Assembly (NCBI GenBank): GCA_020723205.1
Contig: DYJF01000005.1
Coordinates: 1-59,023 of the forward strand
Direction: 5' to 3'
DNA from: Bdellovibrio sp.
GTDB taxonomy: Bacteria; UBA10199; 2-02-FULL-44-16; DYJF01
DNA: 59,023 bases
The notes beneath the pieces were generated by a model. That model searched no databases and had not been told where the DNA came from. It saw only the letters and a list, made by a program, of their open reading frames with translations. The translations under genes were made by a program, and so were the position numbers. Positions 29,687 through 41,561 of this stretch are shown here, piece after piece (the first letter of the stretch is position 1; each line of letters starts with the position of its first letter).

Positions 29687-30844
29687 TCATGATTTCATCA
29701 CCACCACCGTCCCGACCTGCATCAAATCTCCCCACGCCTGTGCCAAGCCGACCCTGGGGTTTCCCGGCACCTGGCGTTTTCCCGCCTCGCCGCGCAGCTG
29801 CAGGAATATCTCGATGATCTTCATGAGCCCCGTCGCCGCAATAGGATTGCCCACTCCCAGCGCGCCGCCGGAGGGACACGTCGGCAAATTTCCGGTGCGC
29901 TCTGTAACGCCGTCGGCTAACATACGCGCCGCCTCCCCCTTCTTGCACAAGAGCAGTCCCTCCATGTGATGAAGCTCTTTGTAACTGAACGGATCGTAGG
30001 GCTCCGCCACCTGAATCTCCTTGTGCGGCTCCTTGATGCCCGCCATCTCGTACGCCTGCCGCGCCGCCTTCTCCACATATCTGGGATAGGACAGGTCCTT
30101 CGTCGCCCAATATGCGGTATCTATGTTCCAGCCGACGCCCGATATCCACACCGGCCTGTCGGTTATCTTTTTTGCCTTCTCTTCACTGCAAAGTATGACC
30201 GCGGCCGCGCCATCGGACGCGGGGCTTATATCAAGCCGGTTCACCGGCCACGCCAGCGTTTCGGAGTTCAGCACGTCCTCTACCGTGATGTTCTCCGGTA
30301 TCTGCGCAGACGGATGATCGAGCGCGTTGCGCTTGTTCTTGACCGAGACGCCAGCGATATCTTTTTTCGTGAGCCCGTAGGTGTTCATGTAGCGGTTCAT
30401 CTCGAGCGCGAATATCCAGATGAGCGTGGGGTTGAGCGGCTGCTCGAGCGTGTGGTCGAAGATCGTCTTGAACGCGCCCTGCGGATGGGGATAACAGGAG
30501 CTCATCTTTTCCTCGCAGACGACCATGCAAGTGTCCGCCATGCCGGAGGCGACATGAAAGAAACCGTGTATTGGGGCGAAGACTCCCGTGCCCCCTCCCA
30601 CGAAGTTTCTCATATACGGCTTTCGCCATGCGCCCGCGCCGTCGGAGAGCCATTCGCCCTTCATGTGGACGCCGTCGAATGCGTCCGGCGCCGTTCCCAA
30701 GGTCACCATGTCAATGTCCTTGAGCGTCAAGCCGCAGGAATCGAGCGCCATCTTTGTGGCCTCGAACGAGAGCTCCTTGCCGGTCTCCTGCGCCCTTCTC
30801 ACGAACTTCGTGATCCCAGCACCGACGATTGCAACGCGTCGCAT
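29687..30844 (-). CDS. SCP2-thiolase-fold protein lacking the canonical nucleophilic Cys (Ltp3-like)
   Basis: VAIVGAG, PASDGAAA, EPYDPFSYKE, PSGGALGVGNPIAATG; NFVGGGTG where CxSG is expected. Confidence 0.8.
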   Translation of the reverse strand: MRRVAIVGAGITKFVRRAQETGKELSFEATKMALDSCGLTLKDIDMVTLGTAPDAFDGVHMKGEWLSDGAGAWRKPYMRNFVGGGTGVFAPIHGFFHVASGMADTCMVVCEEKMSSCYPHPQGAFKTIFDHTLEQPLNPTLIWIFALEMNRYMNTYGLTKKDIAGVSVKNKRNALDHPSAQIPENITVEDVLNSETLAWPVNRLDISPASDGAAAVILCSEEKAKKITDRPVWISGVGWNIDTAYWATKDLSYPRYVEKAARQAYEMAGIKEPHKEIQVAEPYDPFSYKELHHMEGLLLCKKGEAARMLADGVTERTGNLPTCPSGGALGVGNPIAATGLMKIIEIFLQLRGEAGKRQVPGNPRVGLAQAWGDLMQVGTVVVMKS

Positions 30845-30850
30845 GGAACC

Positions 30851-30880
30851 TCCCCTATCCCCTCCTCACGAAGGAGGGGA
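30851..30880. repeat. REP-like palindrome (CCCCTCCT..AGGAGGGG family)
   Basis: tcccctatcccctcctcacgaaggagggga. Confidence 0.65.
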
Positions 30881-30887
30881 ATTCATT

Positions 30888-32018
30888 TTAACTATTTCCT
30901 AAAATTATGACCGCCCCCGTCGTTGTTGGAACGCCGCGCCAGCTCTGTGCCAGTCCCGCATCGGCTTTTTTAAGCTGGCGTTCGCCTGCATCGCCGCGAA
31001 GCTGCATCAGCACTTCATATGTCCTGGCCGCACCCGACGCCTCGAGCAGATGTCCCATACCCAAACTTCCGCCCGAAGTGTTGGGTGCTATCTTTCCTTC
31101 GAGTATCAGCTTTCCGGCCGTTCCCTTCTCGCAGATCGAGAGCGCCTCGAGATGCTGCAGCTCTTTATAGGAATATTCGTCGTCCACCTCGACGACATCT
31201 ATCTCCTTTGCGGGGTCCTTGATGCTCGCCATGCGGTAGGCCATCTTCGCGGCAAGCTCCGCGTATACCGCCCTGCCCCATTCGCGCGTCTCGAGGCCCG
31301 GCGTGTCTGATGCCCAACCCAAACCGTTTATCCATACCGGTCTTTTCGAGAGCGAGCGGGCCGCGTCGGCGTCCGCAACCACCATCACGACGGAGCCGTC
31401 CGCCCTCTCCGAAACGTCCGCTTTTCTAAGCGGCCATGAGATCTCTTCGGACCCTTCTATGTCGCTAATCTTTAGCTCGGCGCCGTATGCCGCGAGGGGG
31501 TTCTTGAGCGCGTTCTTCCTGTTCTTCACCACGACGGCCGCGCACTGCGTCGCCGTGGCGCCCGTATCATTGAGGTAGCGGTTCATCTCAAGTCCCGCCA
31601 CGAAATGCGGATTGAAACCCAAGGGCCTGTTGTATACAGGATCGAATGCGAAGGCCGCCACTTCGTTGGGAGTTTTGATGTTGGAATACTTGCTGTGCGC
31701 CTCGACCGCGACGATTCTGAAGAGCCCCGACTGTATCATCATATATGCGGTTGCGAGCCCCTGAATGAAGTCGCCGGGGACCGTCTGCATCGGTTTCAGC
31801 ACGGCACCCAGCTGATCGGGAGTGTATTCGTCGGCTATCGAATATCCCTCCGTGAAATCCTCCGCGCAGGTGACGAAGCTCTCGACCTCCTTATGGGAGA
31901 TACCGGCGTCCTTGTACGCCATGCGCGCCGCTTCAAAGATCATCTCGCGGTAGGACTGCTCGGGGCTCCTCTCCCTGTGCTTCGTGGAACCCGCGCCGAT
32001 GATCGCAACACGTTTCAT
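30888..32018 (-). CDS. Second SCP2-thiolase-fold protein lacking the nucleophilic Cys (Ltp4-like)
   Basis: VAIIGAG, ADGSVVMV, NTSGGSLGMGH; start reassigned to ATG 32018. Confidence 0.8.
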   Translation of the reverse strand: MKRVAIIGAGSTKHRERSPEQSYREMIFEAARMAYKDAGISHKEVESFVTCAEDFTEGYSIADEYTPDQLGAVLKPMQTVPGDFIQGLATAYMMIQSGLFRIVAVEAHSKYSNIKTPNEVAAFAFDPVYNRPLGFNPHFVAGLEMNRYLNDTGATATQCAAVVVKNRKNALKNPLAAYGAELKISDIEGSEEISWPLRKADVSERADGSVVMVVADADAARSLSKRPVWINGLGWASDTPGLETREWGRAVYAELAAKMAYRMASIKDPAKEIDVVEVDDEYSYKELQHLEALSICEKGTAGKLILEGKIAPNTSGGSLGMGHLLEASGAARTYEVLMQLRGDAGERQLKKADAGLAQSWRGVPTTTGAVIILGNS

Positions 32019-32032
32019 GCTCGCCTCCTTGC

Positions 32033-32431
32033 CTACTTTGTTTTCACATGCTTTTTCACCCACGCAACTATCTCATCCGTGGGAGTGCCGGGGGCGAAGA
32101 CCGCTCCGACGCCCAGCTTCTTGAGCTCCCTTACGTCCTCCTCGGGTATTATGCCTCCTCCGAAGAGCGCAATGTCGCCGGCGTGCTGCTCCTTGAGCAG
32201 TTCCTTCACCTTCCTGAAAAGGTGAAGATGCGCGCCGGAAAGGATCGAGAGACCTATCGCGTGCACGTCCTCCTGAACTGCCGCGGAAACGATCATCTCC
32301 GGGGTCTGATGAAGGCCGGTGTAGATCACCTCAAAGCCCGCATCGCGCAGCGCCCTCGCCACGACCTTCACGCCGCGATCGTGGCCGTCAAGTCCGGGCT
32401 TTGCGATTAATATTCGTATTCGTTTTTCCAT
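32033..32431 (-). CDS. icmB: Acyl-CoA mutase small, cobalamin-binding subunit
   Basis: [10 protein letters not shown] (DxHxxG), [16 protein letters not shown]. Confidence 0.85.
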   Translation of the reverse strand: MEKRIRILIAKPGLDGHDRGVKVVARALRDAGFEVIYTGLHQTPEMIVSAAVQEDVHAIGLSILSGAHLHLFRKVKELLKEQHAGDIALFGGGIIPEEDVRELKKLGVGAVFAPGTPTDEIVAWVKKHVKTK

Positions 32432-32436
32432 ATCAT

Positions 32437-34032
<1,596 letters not shown>

Positions 34033-34045
34033 AATTTCAAACTCG

Positions 34046-34106
34046 GTCATCCTGAGCTTGTCGAAGGATGATCCATTCGCCCTTCGACAACGCTCAGGGC
34101 AAACGG
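34046..34106. repeat. REP-like doublet (CCTGAGCTTGTCGAAGG family)
   Basis: gtcatcctgagcttgtcgaaggatga..ttcgcccttcgacaacgctcagggcaaacgg. Confidence 0.8.
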
Positions 34107-34112
34107 CAACAC

Positions 34113-35264
34113 TTACCCCACTATTTCTTTCAGCACATTCTTCGCGATGACGATCCTTTGTATCTCGCTCGTTCCTTCGTATATCTCCGTTATCTTCGCG
34201 TCGCGGAAGAAGCGCTCAACGGGATATTCCTTGCAATAGCCGTAGCCGCCGAGAACCTGAATCGCCTCTCTGGTCACTTCCATCGACGTCTCGGAAGCGA
34301 AGAGCTTCGCCATCGCCGCTTCCTTGGTGTACTTTTGGCCTTTGGACTTGAGCCATGCCGCGCGCCACATGAGGAGGCGGGCCGCGTCAATCTTCATCGC
34401 CATATCGGCGATCTTCCACTGGATGCCTTCAAAATCGGAGATGGGTTTTCCGAACGCCTCGCGCATCATGGAATATTTCGCCGCGGTCTCGAACGCCGCG
34501 CGCGATATGCCTATCGCCTGCGCCGCGATGCCTATGCGGCCCCCGTCGAGCGTCGCCATCGCTATCGCAAAGCCGTCCCCCTCTTTGCCTAAGATGTTCT
34601 CCTTGGGCACCTCGCAGTTATCGAGCACGATCTCCGAGGTAGAAGACGCCCTGATACCCAGCTTCTTTTCCACCTTTCCTACCTTGTAACCCGAAAATCC
34701 CCTCTCCACAATGAACGCGGAGATCCCCTTATGCCGCTTTTCTTTGTCGGTCATCGCGAAGATGATCATCGCGTCCGCATTGGGACCGTTCGTTATGAAG
34801 TTCTTCGTTCCGTTCAGGATATATTTGTCGCCCTTGAGGACCGCGGTCGTCCTCTGGTTCGCCGCATCGGAGCCCGTCCCCGGCTCGGAGAGAGCGTAGG
34901 CGCCGAGTTTTTTTCCCTGCGCAAAGTCGGGTATATATTTTTTCTTTTGCGAGTCGCTCGCGTGCTTGAGAAGACAATCCAGATAGAGAGAGTTGTTGAC
35001 CGACAAGGTAACCGCGGTGGAGGCGCACGCTGATGCGACCTCTTCCAGAACTATTACGTAAGAAAGAGGGTCCATCCCCGCGCCGCCCAACTCCGTTGGA
35101 ACCATGATGCCCATGAGCCCCAACTCCGCCAGTTTCTTTACGGCCTCCGCCGGGAAAAGTGATTCTTCATCAAGCTTTGCGGCCTTGGGCGCAAGTTCTT
35201 TCTGCGCAAAATTGCGGACCATCTCCTGAAGCATGCGTTGTTCGTCCGTTAATGTAAGGTCCAT
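34113..35264 (-). CDS. Short-chain (butyryl-CoA-type) acyl-CoA dehydrogenase
   Basis: [45 protein letters not shown]. Confidence 0.92.
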   Translation of the reverse strand: MDLTLTDEQRMLQEMVRNFAQKELAPKAAKLDEESLFPAEAVKKLAELGLMGIMVPTELGGAGMDPLSYVIVLEEVASACASTAVTLSVNNSLYLDCLLKHASDSQKKKYIPDFAQGKKLGAYALSEPGTGSDAANQRTTAVLKGDKYILNGTKNFITNGPNADAMIIFAMTDKEKRHKGISAFIVERGFSGYKVGKVEKKLGIRASSTSEIVLDNCEVPKENILGKEGDGFAIAMATLDGGRIGIAAQAIGISRAAFETAAKYSMMREAFGKPISDFEGIQWKIADMAMKIDAARLLMWRAAWLKSKGQKYTKEAAMAKLFASETSMEVTREAIQVLGGYGYCKEYPVERFFRDAKITEIYEGTSEIQRIVIAKNVLKEIVG

Positions 35265-35279
35265 ATGTCACCTCGATTG

Positions 35280-35419
35280 CCGTTCGTGGTGAGCTTAGTC
35301 GAACCATGAACGGCTCGTATTATGTCGTCCTTCGACCAGCATGTCCTGAGCGGACCCTGTCCACCCTTCGACTAGCTCAGGGTGAACGGATAATGAGTCG
35401 AAGGGCTCAGGACGAACGG
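35280..35419. repeat. REP-like cluster containing a triple-nested element
   Basis: ccgttcgtggtgagcttagtcgaaccatgaacgg followed by nested CCTTCGAC..GCTCAGG units. Confidence 0.8.
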
Positions 35420-35423
35420 AGCA

Positions 35424-36206
35424 TCATTTACCCTTAAAATTTGGTTTTTTCTTTTCAAGAAACGCTGTCATACCCTCTATTCTGTCCTCTGTCTTGAAGC
35501 AGCTGAAGAAATTTTCCCTTTCAAGCTCCAACCCCTTTTCGAATTCTCTGCCTCCTCCCACATTGATTGCGTGTTTTGCAAAACCGACAGCCAGCATTCC
35601 GTTGGCCGCTATCTCCTTTGCCACCTTCATCACTTCATTCATCAACTGGTCGGGGGCCACGACCTTATTAACGAAACCGTACTCACACGCCTCTTTTGCC
35701 GTTATCATCCTGCCAGTGAAAATAAGTTCACGTGCGAGGGCGAAACCGATCATGCGCGGCAATCTTTGCGTACCGCCAAAACCCGGGAATATCCCGAGCT
35801 TCACCTCGGGCAGGCCGAACTTCGCATTGTCGGAAGCGTAAACAAAATCACAGGCAAGGGCGAGCTCCGTGCCGCCTCCAAGCGCAAAGCCGTTGACCGC
35901 GGCGATCACGGGTTTTGTGCAGCTCTCGATCGTCGACATGACGTGGTGGCCCTGATCCGAAAACTCGTCCGCATCGTCCAAGGACATCTCCTTCATCGCC
36001 GCGATATCGGCGCCCGCGACGAAGGCCTTCTCGCCCGCCCCGGTTATGACGATCACCTTGACCTCCCTGTTGTCCTCCAACTTTTTTATCCCGACGGACA
36101 TCTCGCGCAGCGTCTCGAGATTCAAGGCGTTCATGACATTGGAACGGTTGATCTTGAGAATCCCTACGCCTTCGCCCTGCTCGATCAGTATATTCTTGAA
36201 TTCCAT
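35424..36206 (-). CDS. crt: Enoyl-CoA hydratase (crotonase)
   Basis: AFVAGADI, AVNGFALGGGTELALACD, PEVKLGIFPGFGGTQRL. Confidence 0.92.
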   Translation of the reverse strand: MEFKNILIEQGEGVGILKINRSNVMNALNLETLREMSVGIKKLEDNREVKVIVITGAGEKAFVAGADIAAMKEMSLDDADEFSDQGHHVMSTIESCTKPVIAAVNGFALGGGTELALACDFVYASDNAKFGLPEVKLGIFPGFGGTQRLPRMIGFALARELIFTGRMITAKEACEYGFVNKVVAPDQLMNEVMKVAKEIAANGMLAVGFAKHAINVGGGREFEKGLELERENFFSCFKTEDRIEGMTAFLEKKKPNFKGK

Positions 36207-36225
36207 GCGTCCCTCGCATTATTTA

Positions 36226-36299
36226 TTCGCCCTTCGACAAGCTCGGGGCGAACGGTGTTGCAGTAACCGTTCATGGTGAGCATGTCGAACCATGAACGG
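36226..36299. repeat. REP-like doublet (CCTTCGACAAGCTC family)
   Basis: ttcgcccttcgacaagctcggggcgaacgg..ccgttcatggtgagcatgtcgaaccatgaacgg. Confidence 0.8.
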
Positions 36300-36306
36300 A
36301 ACTCAC

Positions 36307-37155
36307 TCAATACTGATAAAATCCCCTTCCGCTCTTGCGGCCAAGCCAGCCGGCATCAACATATCTTTTAATCATCGGACACGGGCGATATTTCGGATCG
36401 CCCAACTCCGTGTGAAGGACGGTAAGTATCGCAAGTACGGTGTCGAGACCGATCAGGTCCGCGAGTGCGAGCGGCCCCATGGGAAAGTTGCAGCATGCGG
36501 TCATACAGTTGTCTATGTCCTCGCGGGAGGCCACGCCTTCGTTCAACGCATAAACGGCCTCGTTTATCATCGGCATCAGGACCCTGTTTGCGACGAAACC
36601 GGCCGAATCGTTCGAACGGACCATTGTCTTGCCCAGTTTCGCGATGAGATCGGCGACTATCTTCTCTGATGCGTCATCGGTTGCGAGCCCCTTTATTACC
36701 TCGACGCCCTTCATCAAAGGCACAGGGTTCATGAAGTGCATCCCGATGACCTTTACGGGTCGCTTCGTCGCCGCAGCTATCTTCGTAATTGAGATCGATG
36801 AAGTGTTCGTCGCAAGGATTGTGTCGGGTTTTGTGATCTCATCCAATTTTTTGAATATATCGAGTTTGAGCAACACGCTTTCCGTCGCGGCTTCAATAAT
36901 AAAATCGCAATCCTTCAAATCCTCGACCTTAACCTTAATTTTAATCCTTCCTAACGTATTTTTTTTCTCGTCTTCTGTGAGCTTGCCCTTCGAAACCGCT
37001 TTTTCAAGGAACGAAGTGATCGACTTGAGGCCCTTCTCGCAAAATTCCGTCTTGATGTCCTGCATCACGACGTCGAACCCCGCCGCCGCGAAGACCTGCG
37101 CGATGCCCGAACCCATCTGCCCCGCGCCGATGACACCTATTGTCTTGATCGTCAT
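36307..37155 (-). CDS. hbd: 3-hydroxybutyryl-CoA dehydrogenase
   Basis: GVIGAGQMGSGIA, ATNTSS, GMHFMNP, PMGPLALADLIGLD, LGRKSGRGFY. Confidence 0.93.
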   Translation of the reverse strand: MTIKTIGVIGAGQMGSGIAQVFAAAGFDVVMQDIKTEFCEKGLKSITSFLEKAVSKGKLTEDEKKNTLGRIKIKVKVEDLKDCDFIIEAATESVLLKLDIFKKLDEITKPDTILATNTSSISITKIAAATKRPVKVIGMHFMNPVPLMKGVEVIKGLATDDASEKIVADLIAKLGKTMVRSNDSAGFVANRVLMPMINEAVYALNEGVASREDIDNCMTACCNFPMGPLALADLIGLDTVLAILTVLHTELGDPKYRPCPMIKRYVDAGWLGRKSGRGFYQY

Positions 37156-37186
37156 AATTTACCCTCCGTCCTTGGCTCCTACACTT

Positions 37187-38371
37187 CTACACTTTAAGAC
37201 TTTCGACCGCGATCGCAGTTGCCTCCCCGCCACCGTTGCAAAGCGCCGCAATACCGCGTTTGGCGCCGCGCTCCTTCATCGCATAGACGAGCGTGGTCAG
37301 AATGCGAGCGCCGGAGGCGCCGATGGGATGACCCATAGCTACGGCGCCGCCCTTGACGTTCACCTTGTTCGGATCGAGAGAGAGCTCCCTGATCGCCGCC
37401 ATGGTCACTACGGAGAACGCCTCGTTCAGTTCGAAGAGGTCGACGTCGGCCGCTTTCCAGCCGGCTTTCGCCAGGACCTTGCGCGACGCTTCGATCGGCG
37501 CCGTCGTGAACCACTCCGGCTCCTGCGAATGGCAGGCGTACGCGACGATCCTTACAAGAGGCGCCAGCCCCTCTTTCTTCGCGCGCGTCTCGCTCATGAC
37601 GACCAGCGCAGCGGCGCCGTCGGATATCGACGACGCGTTGGCCGCCGTCACCGTACCGTCCTTGTTGAAGGCCGGCGAAAGCGTTGCGATTCTGTCGAAC
37701 TTGACCTTTCCCGGGTCCTCGTCCGTGTCGAAGATGAGCGGCTCCCCCTTCTTCTGCTTTATCTGAACGGGAACTATCTCCGCCTTGAAGGCGCCCTTTT
37801 CGATAGCCGCAAGCGCCTTTCGATAACTTGCCGCAGCGTATTCATCCTGCTCATCGCGCGTGAAACCGAATTTCTTCGCGCACATGTCGGCGCAGCTTCC
37901 CATGTGCTGGTTCGAGTATATGTCCCAGAGCCCGTCAAAGACCATCGTGTCGACGATCTGTCCGTTGCCTAGCCGGTATCCCGCACGCGCATTCGGCAGC
38001 GAGTACGGAGCGTTCGTCATGGATTCCATTCCGCCCGCGACGACGATCTCGCAATCCCCCGCTCGGATAATCTGATCGGCAAGCGACACGGAACGCAGCC
38101 CCGACGAACAGACCTTGTTTATCGTCAGCACGGAGACCTCTTTGGGGATGCCCGCGGCAAGCGCCGCCTGACGCGCGGGTGATTGTCCGAGCCCGGCAGG
38201 AAGAACGCATCCCATTATCACTTCATTTATTTCGGCCGATCTTACTTTTGCGCGCAGGACCGCTTCTTTGACGGCGATGGCGCCCAGATCGGGCGCGCGG
38301 AACGACGAGAGAGAACCTTGAAAGCTTCCGACAGGCGTTCTTGCGGCGGAAACGATGACGGACTGGCCCAT
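37187..38371 (-). CDS. Acetyl-CoA acetyltransferase (canonical thiolase)
   Basis: NKVCSSG, NEAF, GHPIGASG, LCNGGG; start reassigned to ATG 38371. Confidence 0.95.
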   Translation of the reverse strand: MGQSVIVSAARTPVGSFQGSLSSFRAPDLGAIAVKEAVLRAKVRSAEINEVIMGCVLPAGLGQSPARQAALAAGIPKEVSVLTINKVCSSGLRSVSLADQIIRAGDCEIVVAGGMESMTNAPYSLPNARAGYRLGNGQIVDTMVFDGLWDIYSNQHMGSCADMCAKKFGFTRDEQDEYAAASYRKALAAIEKGAFKAEIVPVQIKQKKGEPLIFDTDEDPGKVKFDRIATLSPAFNKDGTVTAANASSISDGAAALVVMSETRAKKEGLAPLVRIVAYACHSQEPEWFTTAPIEASRKVLAKAGWKAADVDLFELNEAFSVVTMAAIRELSLDPNKVNVKGGAVAMGHPIGASGARILTTLVYAMKERGAKRGIAALCNGGGEATAIAVESLKV

Positions 38372-38426
38372 GCGGCACCCCCTTTTTATGCCACGAGACA
38401 TAGTTTCGGGGCCATGTTTTGTAAAG

Positions 38427-39362
38427 TTATTTCCTCGGATCGTAGGGGTGTTTCTCGGCGAGTTCGGAGATGGTCTTCTTGAGGTCGCCTGCAATGTCCT
38501 TCGGAGGAACGATCTTCACGATGACGAATTCGTCGCCGCGTTTGCCTTTCTTTTCAAGGACCGGCGCGCCCTTGCCGCCCAAGCGAAACTTCTGCCCGCT
38601 CTCCGTACCGGCGGGTATCTTCATCTTCGCATGTCCTTCAAGTGTGGGCACCTCCACCGAACCGCCGAGGACGGCGTCATATATGGTGATGGGGATCTCC
38701 GTGTAGACGTCGGAGCCCTCCCTCCAGAAACAGTGATGGGGAGTAACGCGAATGTTCAGATAAAGATCTCCGGACTTCCCGCCGCCAAAGCCGGGCTGGC
38801 CCTTTCCGGCGATGCGCACCTTCGAACCGTTGTCCACGCCAGCTGGGATCTTTACGGTTATGTGCTCCACTTTGTCACCGCGCTTTATCGAAATCCTTCG
38901 CTCCGCTCCGTCTATGGCTTCGTTGAAAGAGACATCCACCTCCGTGAACGTGTCGCGACCGTTGACAGGCACCTCACCGCCCGGTCCCTGTGCAGGACCC
39001 CATTCCTTGCGCCTGCCGCCGCGCCTGATGCCGCCCATTTCAAAGAGCTGGCTGAAGAGATCGCCAAGATCGCCGAACCCTTGATGGTCCGCCCCGGGTC
39101 CGCCTTCCCATCTGAATCCGCCGGAGCCGGGTCCGCCGCCGGCTTGACCGGCATACGCGCCGAACATATCGTATTTCTTTCTCTGCTCGGCGTCGGACAG
39201 GACATTGTACGCCTCCGATATCTCCTTGAACTTTTCCTCGGAGGATTTGTCCCCCTTCGTGACATCGGGATGATACATCTTGGCGAGGCGGCGGTACGCC
39301 TTCTTTATCTCGTCGCCGCTGGCGTTGCGGGCCACACCCAACAACTGATAAAAGTCTTTCAT
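38427..39362 (-). CDS. Class B J-domain co-chaperone (CbpA/DnaJ-like, no zinc finger)
   Basis: J domain with HPD, G/F region, C-terminal GDLYL...VPTLEG. Confidence 0.92.
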   Translation of the reverse strand: MKDFYQLLGVARNASGDEIKKAYRRLAKMYHPDVTKGDKSSEEKFKEISEAYNVLSDAEQRKKYDMFGAYAGQAGGGPGSGGFRWEGGPGADHQGFGDLGDLFSQLFEMGGIRRGGRRKEWGPAQGPGGEVPVNGRDTFTEVDVSFNEAIDGAERRISIKRGDKVEHITVKIPAGVDNGSKVRIAGKGQPGFGGGKSGDLYLNIRVTPHHCFWREGSDVYTEIPITIYDAVLGGSVEVPTLEGHAKMKIPAGTESGQKFRLGGKGAPVLEKKGKRGDEFVIVKIVPPKDIAGDLKKTISELAEKHPYDPRK

Positions 39363-39371
39363 GCTCCCCCG

Positions 39372-39884
39372 TTACAATGACGCTGAAAGCGAATTCGACC
39401 CCGGAGCCGAATTGTCCAGCAGTTTGTCCTTTGCATAGATAAGCGTGCTGCGGTCGAAGCTCGCGTTCTCGTATCTTCCCGTATCCATGCGAATGGCGTC
39501 GCACGGGCATGCCTCCACGCAGAGCCCGCAGAAGACGCAGCGCAGCTCATTTATAATGTAGCTCTTCGCCCGCTTTTCGACCTGCGGGTCCGCGACCTCT
39601 TCCGCCTCGATCTCGATGCAACCCGACGGACAGATCGTGGCGCAGAGCATACAGGCGGTGCAGCGGATAGTGCCGTCCTCCCTCTTCATCAGGCGGTGCT
39701 CCGCGCGGTACCCGGCAGGCAGCTGTTTTTTCTGCTCCGGATATTCTATTGTGATGCGGCGGTCCATGAAGATGACATTTCTTATGAAATGGCGAGCAGT
39801 GATGGCCATCCCGCGGATTATCTCCGGGAGATAGGCACGTTCCCACAGCGTCATCTTCTCTTTGCGATCAATCAAATATGCCAT
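39372..39884 (-). CDS. nuoI: NADH-quinone oxidoreductase subunit I (stand-alone)
   Basis: TIEYPE, CTACMLCATICP, CVFCGLCVEACP. Confidence 0.85.
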   Translation of the reverse strand: MAYLIDRKEKMTLWERAYLPEIIRGMAITARHFIRNVIFMDRRITIEYPEQKKQLPAGYRAEHRLMKREDGTIRCTACMLCATICPSGCIEIEAEEVADPQVEKRAKSYIINELRCVFCGLCVEACPCDAIRMDTGRYENASFDRSTLIYAKDKLLDNSAPGSNSLSASL

Positions 39885-39904
39885 TTGCCTTTTGCCCTTA
39901 TCCT

Positions 39905-40459
39905 TCAGCCCTTTCCCTTTGCCACTGTTATCTCCTTTTGCGCCTGATATTTTCCCTTTTTGTCCGCATAAGAAACGTCGCAGGGCTCATCGGCGCCTAA
40001 GAACAATATCTGCCCGATCCCTTCGCCGGCGTAGATGCGGACGGGAAGTTTCGTCCCGTTGATGATGGAAAGCGTAGCGAACCCCTCCCACTCCGGTTCG
40101 AACGGTGTGACATTCACGTGGACACCGCATCTGGCGTAGGTTGATTTCCCGTAGCAGATGGTTATTACGTCGCGCGGTATCCTGAAATACTCAAGCGACT
40201 GTGCAAGGACGTAGCTGTTGGGAGGAATATCGCAATGCTCGCCCTCGAAATCCCTGAAATGAACGTGCGCAAAGTTCTTGGGATCGATTATCCCCTTCTC
40301 TTCCGGCTCGAATATCTTGAACTGTTTGCTTATGCGAAAATCGTATCCGTAGGAGGAAACCCCGAAAGATATCCCTTGGCGTATCTGCTCCTTTGCGAAC
40401 GGTTCGATCATTGCGTGCGCGGCCGCCATCTTCGCTATCCATTTGTCGGATTTGACCAT
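39905..40459 (-). CDS. dcd: dCTP deaminase
   Basis: [40 protein letters not shown]. Confidence 0.95.
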   Translation of the reverse strand: MVKSDKWIAKMAAAHAMIEPFAKEQIRQGISFGVSSYGYDFRISKQFKIFEPEEKGIIDPKNFAHVHFRDFEGEHCDIPPNSYVLAQSLEYFRIPRDVITICYGKSTYARCGVHVNVTPFEPEWEGFATLSIINGTKLPVRIYAGEGIGQILFLGADEPCDVSYADKKGKYQAQKEITVAKGKG

Positions 40460-40561
40460 GGGCATCCCCCTCTTTGAACGCTTCAACTACGTTATTTGGG
40501 CCCTTCTGTCAATCGCAGCACGTTGACATCGTCAACCTTTATTGCGAAACTTAAAGGCGTG

Positions 40562-41230
40562 ATGACAAAAGATACAAAAAGAAAGATCGCGTCCTCTATC
40601 GTTGTGACCATCGGCATCTTCTGGATGATCGGTCTTTACAGGACGTTCGCGACTCCGTGCCTGTTCTATCTCAACTATCTCCCCCCCTACAGGACGGCCT
40701 TCATGCGGCTGTATCACGGGGAAAAAGACCTCCGCTACAGGTGGACCCCTATCAAGAAGGTCTCTCCCTACCTGCGCCAGGCGGTCGTGCTCGCCGAGGA
40801 CGACCGTTTCTTCGAGCACAACGGATACGACTGGGAGGCGATAAAGAAAGCGGCAGAGATCGACTGGAAGAAGAAGCGCTTCGCGCGCGGCGCGTCCACA
40901 ATAACGCAGCAGCTCGCCAGGAACCTCTACCTCTCCCCGGCCAAAAACCCGCTGCGCAAGATCAAGGAGTTCCTAATCGCTTTGAAGCTCGAACGCGAAC
41001 TGCCGAAAGAGAGGATCTTGGAGCTGTACCTGAACGTAGTCGAATGGGGCAACGGCGTCTACGGCGCCGAGGCGGCGGCAAGGCATTATTTCGGCGGTTC
41101 GGCGGCGAGCTTGGGCAAGCATGAAGCCGCGTTCCTTGCTGCAATCCTTCCAAAGCCCAGATTCTACGACAGGTACAGAGGGGGACCGTACCTTCAAAGG
41201 AGGATCGCCTCTATAGAAACGCGCCTATAA
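40562..41230 (+). CDS. mtgA: Monofunctional peptidoglycan glycosyltransferase
   Basis: EDDRFFEHNG, RGASTITQQLARNL, RKIKE, ELYLN; N-terminal TM, no transpeptidase domain. Confidence 0.9.
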   Translation: MTKDTKRKIASSIVVTIGIFWMIGLYRTFATPCLFYLNYLPPYRTAFMRLYHGEKDLRYRWTPIKKVSPYLRQAVVLAEDDRFFEHNGYDWEAIKKAAEIDWKKKRFARGASTITQQLARNLYLSPAKNPLRKIKEFLIALKLERELPKERILELYLNVVEWGNGVYGAEAAARHYFGGSAASLGKHEAAFLAAILPKPRFYDRYRGGPYLQRRIASIETRL

Positions 41231-41259
41231 AAAAAGGCCCGGCGATAAGCCGGGCCTTT
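41231..41259. terminator. Bidirectional terminator between mtgA and the histone gene
   Basis: aaaaaggcccggc gataa gccgggccttt. Confidence 0.85.
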
Positions 41260-41276
41260 GTTCATGCAGTTCGAGA

Positions 41277-41456
41277 TTAGATGTCGCGGTCCTTGATCGT
41301 CTGACGGCCGTTGTCCTTCGCGCGCTCTGCGGCCTTGTCCAAAAGTTCCTTCACCGCATCGGAGAGAGCTTCCACTGCCGTTTCGGACGTCTGCAGACCC
41401 TTCTCTTTCACGTACTCTTTTACCTTCGATACGACGACCAGAATTTCCTTCGCCAT
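41277..41456 (-). CDS. Bacterial histone-fold protein, Bdellovibrio Bd0055/HBb-like, 59 aa (absent from ORF track)
   Basis: Manual translation MAKEILVVVSKVKEYVKEKGLQTSETAVEALSDAVKELLDKAAERAKDNGRQTIKDRDI. Has the LVVxSKVK start and the histone-fold R-x-T-I-x-x-R-D end, an AAGGAGG RBS, a promoter and a terminator. Confidence 0.9.
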   Translation of the reverse strand: MAKEILVVVSKVKEYVKEKGLQTSETAVEALSDAVKELLDKAAERAKDNGRQTIKDRDI

Positions 41457-41501
41457 GGCTGCCTCCTTATATTAAAAGGTTTATATTCAATAAGCCGACG
41501 G

Positions 41502-41530
41502 ATTGTGTTTAACGGCCCCTAAATTGTCAA
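41502..41530 (-). promoter_or_regulatory. Sigma70-type promoter of the histone gene
   Basis: TTGACA-N17-CACAAT. Confidence 0.6.
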
Positions 41531-41561
41531 ACAAAAAATTCGCACTTTAAGGGCAGTTTCG

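Noticed and set aside
36629-39380. 447-aa and 341-aa plus-strand ORFs
   Set aside because: Antisense shadows of hbd/thiolase and the J-domain gene.
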